Source: Bradymonadia bacterium
GTDB lineage: Bacteria > Myxococcota_A > Bradymonadia > UBA7976 > UBA1532
Assembly: GCA_046290225.1 (NCBI GenBank)
Contig: JBKAGE010000004.1
Coordinates: 1-64,000 of the forward strand
Length of the DNA stretch: 64,000 nt
Direction of reading: 5' to 3'
A program made the position numbers and the translations under genes. This document shows, one piece after another, positions 57,851 to 64,000 of the stretch. Positions within the stretch are counted from its first letter, which is position 1, and each line of letters opens with the position of its first letter. The notes below the pieces were generated by a model. It was not told the origin of the DNA, did not search any database, and was given only the letters and a program-made list of their open reading frames with translations.

Positions 57851-59272
57851 TTGGCGCTGATCCTCTGTGCATATGTCGTGGGGCTCTTCGGCCTCGCCAT
57901 CTGGGCCAACCGCAAGGTGCAGGGCGCAGATGATTTCTTCGTCGCCGGGCGCAAGCTCTCGCTGCCCGTGTCCACAGCGACGCTCTTCGGCACGTGGTTC
58001 GGCGCCGGCACCCTGCTCGCTGCTGCAGACGAAGTCCGCGCCGACGGTCTGCGTGCTGTGGCCATGGAGCCCATCGGCGCCGGGCTGTGCCTCGTGGTGG
58101 TGGGCCTCGTCTTCGCCCGCAAACTCTGGCGGGCGAAGCTGCTCACCCTTGGCGACTTCTATCGACAGCGTTTTGGTCCCGTGGCGGAGTGGCTGTTCGC
58201 CCTGAGTGCCGCCACCTACCTCGGCTGGATCGCGGCCCAGCTCGTGGGCATGGGCGGAGTGCTGCACACGCTTTTCGATGTGCCAATGGGCACAGCGATG
58301 GTGATCACCACCATCATCGCCCTGGCGTATACGCTCATCGGGGGCATGTGGTCCGTGGCCCTCACTGACTCGGTGCAGATCGCGCTGCTCATCGGCGGTC
58401 TCGTGTGGGTGCTGATCTCAGTGCTCTCGGGCATGGGGGAGGGCGATCTGACGGCGGGCCTCGACGCCTTGCAAGCCCAGGCCCCTGCAGGGCACTTGAT
58501 CGTGATCCCCACCGAGAAGGCCGGCGAGCTGTGGGGGTGGGTGAACCTGCTCATCGTGGGCACCTTGGGAAACATCGCCGGCAATGACGTCATGCAGCGG
58601 GTGTTCTCTGCCCGCAGCCCGGAGGTGGCTCGGGGGGCGTGTCTGATCGCCGGCGTGGGTTACCTCGTGGTGGGCGTCGCCCCCGCGTTGTTGGGGGTGG
58701 CTGCGGCCATCTTGATGCCCGACGTGGCGACGGCTGTGTTGCCCGCGCTGGCCCAGAAAGTGCTCGATCCAGTGTCGTCGACGCTGTTCACGCTGGCGCT
58801 GGTGTCAGCGGTGTTGTCCACCCTCGACTCGGCGTTGCTCAGCGCCTCTACGGTGGTGGCCCGAAACCTCGTCCAGCCCCTCTGGCCCCGGCCACTGCCC
58901 ATGCTGAAGGTGACCCGCTGGGCCTGTGTTGTGATGGCTGGGTTGAGTCTGGCGCTGGCCTTTGCCGGGGAGTCGGCTTTCGGCTTGCTCGAAGGCAGCT
59001 ACGCGTTGACGCTGGCGGGGCCTTTCGTACCACTGCTGTTCGGATTGTGGTGGGGTCGTGGTGGGCAGCTCGCCGCTGTGGCTTCGCTGATTCTGGGGTA
59101 TGGGATCACTGCGTTGGAGCTGATCTACCCAGAGATGCAGCCGCCGATCCCTTTGCCGTTGCTTGCCCTGGGCGTGAGCGCGGTCGTCTACGTCACCCTG
59201 GCATGGTGGGCAGGGGGTGCAGGCCCCAACCCAGAGGCTGGGCCGGTTGATCAGGGCCCTGATCCCGCATGA
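57851..59272 (+). CDS. Sodium:solute symporter
   Basis: DFFVAGR, YTLIGGMWSVALTD, MQRVFSARS, SAVLSTLDS. Confidence 0.92.
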   Translation: MALILCAYVVGLFGLAIWANRKVQGADDFFVAGRKLSLPVSTATLFGTWFGAGTLLAAADEVRADGLRAVAMEPIGAGLCLVVVGLVFARKLWRAKLLTLGDFYRQRFGPVAEWLFALSAATYLGWIAAQLVGMGGVLHTLFDVPMGTAMVITTIIALAYTLIGGMWSVALTDSVQIALLIGGLVWVLISVLSGMGEGDLTAGLDALQAQAPAGHLIVIPTEKAGELWGWVNLLIVGTLGNIAGNDVMQRVFSARSPEVARGACLIAGVGYLVVGVAPALLGVAAAILMPDVATAVLPALAQKVLDPVSSTLFTLALVSAVLSTLDSALLSASTVVARNLVQPLWPRPLPMLKVTRWACVVMAGLSLALAFAGESAFGLLEGSYALTLAGPFVPLLFGLWWGRGGQLAAVASLILGYGITALELIYPEMQPPIPLPLLALGVSAVVYVTLAWWAGGAGPNPEAGPVDQGPDPA

Positions 59273-60005
59273 GGGTGAACTCACCCTCGTGATATCGCAG
59301 CCACGTGAAGTGGTTGAGCCAGTCCCCGAGAATGAAGAGCGATTGTGAGCGGCCCTGGTGATCTCGCTGGCGGGCGAGGGCTTTGTGATAGTGCCCCATC
59401 ACGAGCACCTCGTGGCCTTGCTCGATCTTGCTCTGCCACCACGCGTCGAGGTGATGCTCCGGCAAAGGCAAGGTGTAGTCTGCGGTGCGATCTTCACCGC
59501 CGAGCCATCGGCCGTATGCCCCTGCCGCCCAGGCCGCCGCCGAGGGGTGGATCGCCCGAGCGCCTTTGAGCAACGTGGGCTGGTGCACCGCGCGACACAC
59601 AAAGCGCTTGAAGCTGCCCCGCACATCCTCTCGATCACCGTGATCGATCCAGACTTGCCGTTCACCAAACCGGCGCACGAGGGGCGTGTGCTGTACCCGC
59701 ACGCCGATCTGATCGAAGAACGGGCCCGGATCTGGATCATGGTTGCCGGGGAACAGCACCACCTCCACACCAGCCTCCACCAGCTCGGCGAGGGCCCGCA
59801 AGAAGGGGAAGAACTGGCTGTAGATGGCCCCGGAGTAGCCCAGCCAGAAATCGAAAATGTCACCGACGAGGAACAGGCTGCTCACTGGCCGGTGGGCGAG
59901 GCTCTGCACGAAACGCAGCAGGCGCTTCGCCTCGGGCGTCTCCGGGTCAGCCAGATGCAGATCGCTGATGAAGACCGCCTCACCTGGGCGTTGGACTTCG
60001 ATCAC
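59193..60005 (-). CDS. lpxH: UDP-2,3-diacylglucosamine hydrolase (LpxH/LpxH2-like metallophosphoesterase)
   Basis: FISDLHL, GDIFDFW, GNHD, HGD, MGHYH, LGDW; GTG 60005 overlaps the upstream stop. Confidence 0.8.
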   Translation of the reverse strand: MIEVQRPGEAVFISDLHLADPETPEAKRLLRFVQSLAHRPVSSLFLVGDIFDFWLGYSGAIYSQFFPFLRALAELVEAGVEVVLFPGNHDPDPGPFFDQIGVRVQHTPLVRRFGERQVWIDHGDREDVRGSFKRFVCRAVHQPTLLKGARAIHPSAAAWAAGAYGRWLGGEDRTADYTLPLPEHHLDAWWQSKIEQGHEVLVMGHYHKALARQRDHQGRSQSLFILGDWLNHFTWLRYHEGEFTLMRDQGPDQPAQPLGWGLHPLPTMPG

Positions 60006-61978
60006 CGCTTGAGCCTCCGGGCGAGCCGCCGGGCCCCGGGCATGCACTGCAAAGCTTGGGGCTCCGCCTCGAGCAGGTCCTCGAAGGTCTGGCGGCTCTC
60101 CACCTCCCACACGCCGGCGAGGCGGGTGGCGTCAGCGACGAGCTCGGCGTATTGCGCCTCGCCGCCGAGACGAGAGGTCACCCGACGCATGCGGGCCGCG
60201 GCGCTGTTGTAGTGTTTGGCCAGCTCCAGCAGCCCCTCCGGGTTCGGGGCCTTGCGCATGGCTTCGTACTCTTTCTCGAGGGCGGCTTTTTGCACTGAGA
60301 CTTCTTCAGCATAGGCCGCTGAAGCCTCCTCACGCTCGCCGAGCTGATCGAGCACGCGGCCCAGGGCGTAGTGGCGCGCGGGGGTGGCAGGGGCTTGCAG
60401 GGCGTTGGCCTTTCGGTACTTGTCCGCGGCGTCCAACAGGATGACCCGCCGGGCCTCCGGGCTGTCGATCACGTCTGTAGCTTCAGCGCCGCGGCGCTTC
60501 AGATCTCCACCCCAGAACCGGTAGTAGTCGAAGGGCACCGTGGAGGTGTTGAGGGCCAGGACCATGGCGCCGGCCATGAGCACCTGCATCGCCGCCTTGG
60601 GGGCCACGGCACGCTCGAAGAGGTTGGGCCCTCCATCTAACGTGGCGAGTACGGCGAAGAAGATGGCGCCTGCGGCCCAGGACATACCCTCGAAGGGCAG
60701 CGCGAGGGTGAGGGCGGCGGCGCAGATGGCGGCGGTGATGGCGTACATCCAGCGCGTGGCCCCGTCGACCTTCCGCTCGGCGAGGGTGTCGATGAAGCTC
60801 TTCAGCCCGTCGAAGATCCCCGCGAGCCGCGCGGTCTGGCGCTGCAAGAACACCCAGAGCGCCGGCGGGGTCAGCATGATGAAGTCCAGGGCGAGCATGT
60901 AGGCCGAGAACCAGCCGATCTCGAGGTTCAGGAACTCGACGAGGATATGGAACATCGGCAGGGTGAGCAGGCCGAAGAGCCACACCATCTTCAAGCGACC
61001 CAAGCCGATGATGACCGCGCACTGACCCGCGGCGTACACGAACAGCCAAGTGTTCTGAATGGCGATGTCGTCACCGCTGAAGAGTGCCCAGGCGGCGAGG
61101 GGCACCACCGGCAGAGACAGCCAGCCCCTGGCGATGGTCTCCGTGGCGTAAGCCGCCCCACCGATGAGAGCGCCCACGGCGACGAGGGCACCCCAGTCCT
61201 GAGATCCCATGACCTTCCAGCCCATAAAGACGAAGGCGGCGGGCAGAACACCGATGAGCAGCTTGCCCCCACGGGGCAGCAGGAAGGGCAGGGGGGCCAT
61301 GAGCTCCACCACCATCACTCCCACGGCGGCGAGGGTCCAGCTGCCGGCGACGGTGACCCCGAGCAGATCACCCTGAGTGGCGATGTGATCGATTAGGGGG
61401 CTGCAGTTCGGGGTGAGCTGTTGCATCACCGAGCCGTCCCACCAGACCTCGTCCCACTTGGTCACGCCGGTGTAGAAGTAGGTGATGGCCATCTGCCAGC
61501 GCAGCAGCATCCAGGCCCAGCTCTTGATGGGGGCAGGATCTTCACGTCGCCGGGTCTCTGGATCATCAAAGGGCATGAAGACGCAGAGCAGCAGCACCAG
61601 CCCCAACAGGTAGTGGTGTTGATACGAGTCGGCCTGGCTCCAATAGTAAACGCCGTTGTAGAGCACGCAGGCCCCGATGACCGAGGCCTTCACGGCGACG
61701 CCGAGGGCCGCCTGGAGCGCCATGTAGCCACAGAGCAGCCACGCCAGCCCCACCGCCACGACCCCCGGGGTCGGGATCAACGCGTCGAGCCAGGCGAACT
61801 GGGTGGCGTTGAAGGCCCCTGCGCCGTAGCGCGGCGCGTGCTCGATGTTGAGCATCCAGACATCGAAGGCCAGTACGCCGAAGACCAGCAGCCTCAGCAG
61901 GTTGAGGCGCAGCGGATGCACAGTGTGATCGAACCAGTAGCGCTGCCACCGGCCTTGCAGGTCGAGGGGAGCGCTCAT
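60002..61978 (-). CDS. HTTM-domain (vitamin K-dependent carboxylase-like) membrane protein with C-terminal TPR-like region
   Basis: LRLLVFG, YQHHYL, YFYTGVTK...W.DG, FH...LEIGWFS; TPR-like HYALGRVLDQLG. Confidence 0.8.
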   Translation of the reverse strand: MSAPLDLQGRWQRYWFDHTVHPLRLNLLRLLVFGVLAFDVWMLNIEHAPRYGAGAFNATQFAWLDALIPTPGVVAVGLAWLLCGYMALQAALGVAVKASVIGACVLYNGVYYWSQADSYQHHYLLGLVLLLCVFMPFDDPETRRREDPAPIKSWAWMLLRWQMAITYFYTGVTKWDEVWWDGSVMQQLTPNCSPLIDHIATQGDLLGVTVAGSWTLAAVGVMVVELMAPLPFLLPRGGKLLIGVLPAAFVFMGWKVMGSQDWGALVAVGALIGGAAYATETIARGWLSLPVVPLAAWALFSGDDIAIQNTWLFVYAAGQCAVIIGLGRLKMVWLFGLLTLPMFHILVEFLNLEIGWFSAYMLALDFIMLTPPALWVFLQRQTARLAGIFDGLKSFIDTLAERKVDGATRWMYAITAAICAAALTLALPFEGMSWAAGAIFFAVLATLDGGPNLFERAVAPKAAMQVLMAGAMVLALNTSTVPFDYYRFWGGDLKRRGAEATDVIDSPEARRVILLDAADKYRKANALQAPATPARHYALGRVLDQLGEREEASAAYAEEVSVQKAALEKEYEAMRKAPNPEGLLELAKHYNSAAARMRRVTSRLGGEAQYAELVADATRLAGVWEVESRQTFEDLLEAEPQALQCMPGARRLARRLKR

Positions 61979-62442
61979 GAGGGATCACACAAGTTCAGGG
62001 TGGGATCGAAGGGACGCACCTGTACCACGCCGGTGCGGCCGGGGCGGCGGACCGGGCACACGATCTCGGCATTGAGGATCGGCGCCTTGCCCTCGGTGGC
62101 CATCTGCGGGCAGCGCCACTGAGCGAACTGGTCGATGACGCTGCGTCGTGCGCGCTTGAAGAGGTTGATCCACAGGAAGTGAACCTCTTTGCCCGTGGGC
62201 ACACGTCGCCTGACACCGTCGGTGGCGTCGTAGAAGGACACGTCGCACTTCACCATGCGGATCGGTGAGAACATGCGCCACGCGAAGCGCTCGTCGAAGG
62301 GATCTGCCCCCTCGGGGAGGGTCACCGGCTGCTCCGCAGGGGGCTCGGCGATGAGCTCTGGCAGAGGGTCGGGCCGCATGTAGTAGCTCAGTGGCAGGTA
62401 GAGCTGGGCGGCGAGGAAGGCCACGATGAACAGGCTGCGCAT
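61975..62442 (-). CDS. Small membrane-anchored protein resembling the VKGC lumenal domain
   Basis: QLYLPL...RFAWRMF...IDQFAQW...DPTLNL; ATGA-coupled to the HTTM gene. Confidence 0.55.
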   Translation of the reverse strand: MRSLFIVAFLAAQLYLPLSYYMRPDPLPELIAEPPAEQPVTLPEGADPFDERFAWRMFSPIRMVKCDVSFYDATDGVRRRVPTGKEVHFLWINLFKRARRSVIDQFAQWRCPQMATEGKAPILNAEIVCPVRRPGRTGVVQVRPFDPTLNLCDPS

Positions 62443-62572
62443 GGCAGATCCTTGGGCGGTGCGCTCAGCAGGGTTCTATCGCTGCCCCCCATCAGTGGCA
62501 AGTGCAGGCGTCGAGTCGACGGATCACGGGAACGTGATTGACCCTCGAGCGAAGTCGTGTTGATGCTCGCCC

Positions 62573-64000
62573 ATGCTCTTCGGCACCTACACATTCGCGT
62601 TGTTCCTCGCCCTGGTCCTGCTGGGCGCTCGGCTGTGCCCTCGGACCGAGAGTGGCTGGCGCATGCGCAAGGGCTGGCTGCTCACAGCGTCATATGGGTT
62701 CTACGCGTGTTGGAACTGGCCTTTCGCGGGGTTGCTCGCGCTGTCGACGGTGGTGGACTTCGTCGTGGCCCGGACGATGTATCACCGAAAGCGGCGCCGC
62801 CCGTGGTTGATGGTGAGCCTCGCGGTGAACCTCGGGGTGCTCGTCGCCTTCAAATACGCCGACTTTCTATTGTCGAGCGTGGGCGCCCTCTTGAGCAGCG
62901 TGGGCCTCGGCGCTGCAGATGCGGTCGGCGGGCCTCTGATCGACGGGTCCGCCCTCGACATCGTGCTTCCGGTGGGCATCAGCTTCTACACGTTTCAGAC
63001 GCTCAGCTACACGATCGACGTCTATCGCGGTCACATGAAGCCTGCGAAGGACTGGCTGGACTTCGCCCTCTTTGTGAGCTTCTTCCCGCAGCTGGTGGCG
63101 GGGCCCATCGTCCGGGCCGATCAGTTCCTACCTCAATGTGCGCCAGGAGACGAGAGCGCGCGCCGTGGGGGCCCATCGGTCACCAGTGAGATGATGGCCA
63201 CCGGGGTGTTCCTGGTGAGCTGGGGGCTGTTCAAGAAGGTGGCCATCGCTGATAACCTCGCCCCCATCGCCGATAAGATCTTCGCCCAACCCGACGCCGT
63301 AGGGCCTTTGGAGGGGCTCACCGGGCTCCTGGCCTTCTCTGGGCAGATTTACTGCGATTTCAGCGGCTATGCCCACATCGCAGTGGGCGTGGCGCTGTGG
63401 CTGGGCTTCCACCTGCCCGACAACTTTCAGCACCCCTATGCTGCCGTGGGTTTCTCCGACTTCTGGCGACGCTGGCACATCACCCTGTCACAGTGGCTGA
63501 GGGACTACCTCTACATCAGCCTCGGCGGCAACCGGAGGGGGCGCTGGCGCACCCAACGCAACCTCGTGATCACCATGTTGCTTGGCGGTCTCTGGCATGG
63601 CGCCGCCTGGCACTTCGTCGCTTGGGGTGGGCTACATGGCCTCTATCTGGTGGTCGAGCGACTGGTGCGTCGCGGGCGGCAGGCGAAGCGCTCAGATGGC
63701 TTCAAGGGGTTCGCTGGCGCGCTGCTGACCTTTGCTCTCGTGCTGGTCACCTGGGCGTTCTTCCGGGCCAACACCACGATGGAGGCGGTGCATCTACTCG
63801 GATCCATCGTCGGGCTTGGTCCAGGCGTCTCCTCAGCTGGCGTCTCGGTGGGCATCCTCGAGCTGGCCCTCGTCGGCGGCGTCACCGCGGCGCTGGTGCT
63901 CGGTGGGTGGTGGTGGCGCGAACATCAGGTGGAGCATGTGGCCGCTAGGTTGCCGGGCTGGATGCTGGTACCCGGGCTGGTGGGGCTCTGGGTGGTCACC
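62573..64000 (+). CDS. MBOAT O-acyltransferase (AlgI/DltB-like), truncated by the window edge and absent from the ORF track
   Basis: Manual translation from ATG 62573: LPVGISFYTFQ, FFPQLVAGPI, FWRRWHITLS.WLRDYLYI.LGGNR, GLWHGA. Confidence 0.95.
   Translation, partial: MLFGTYTFALFLALVLLGARLCPRTESGWRMRKGWLLTASYGFYACWNWPFAGLLALSTVVDFVVARTMYHRKRRRPWLMVSLAVNLGVLVAFKYADFLLSSVGALLSSVGLGAADAVGGPLIDGSALDIVLPVGISFYTFQTLSYTIDVYRGHMKPAKDWLDFALFVSFFPQLVAGPIVRADQFLPQCAPGDESARRGGPSVTSEMMATGVFLVSWGLFKKVAIADNLAPIADKIFAQPDAVGPLEGLTGLLAFSGQIYCDFSGYAHIAVGVALWLGFHLPDNFQHPYAAVGFSDFWRRWHITLSQWLRDYLYISLGGNRRGRWRTQRNLVITMLLGGLWHGAAWHFVAWGGLHGLYLVVERLVRRGRQAKRSDGFKGFAGALLTFALVLVTWAFFRANTTMEAVHLLGSIVGLGPGVSSAGVSVGILELALVGGVTAALVLGGWWWREHQVEHVAARLPGWMLVPGLVGLWVVT

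Overview
GC-rich chromosomal window, most consistent with a Myxococcota/Bradymonadia-like deltaproteobacterium (inferred from a MYXO-CTERM-like tail, many lipoproteins with acidic PDA/DMG linkers, and Cys-rich CDGxDNDCDG and TSP3 repeats). It holds about 45 genes. These include a chemotaxis block (MCP-PilZ, STAS, cheY, partial cheA), a solo MutH/Sau3AI-like nuclease, a YtkA/pentaheme cytochrome module, oxoprolinase, a degenerate STAND-TPR protein, a divergent pepT, an Afp15-like AAA ATPase and a stand-alone infC. Further along are a beta-propeller/half-TolC-like gene pair, VWA plus a two-component system, a surface-fibre locus flanking a lower-GC cassette of two di-heme cytochromes, pyc, sigma54-controlled amtB-glnK, an ETHE1-SulP pair, an EF-G paralogue with a long structured leader, proteases, lpxH, a split HTTM/VKGC-like pair and a partial MBOAT. 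No rRNA, tRNA, CRISPR array, transposase or reverse transcriptase was recognised. The most striking unexplained feature is a 414-nt intergenic element (14979-15392) that folds into one long rod with three consecutive four-way junctions built from GTAGCGGACG units. All calls were made by eye from motifs; no database searches or folding programs were run.
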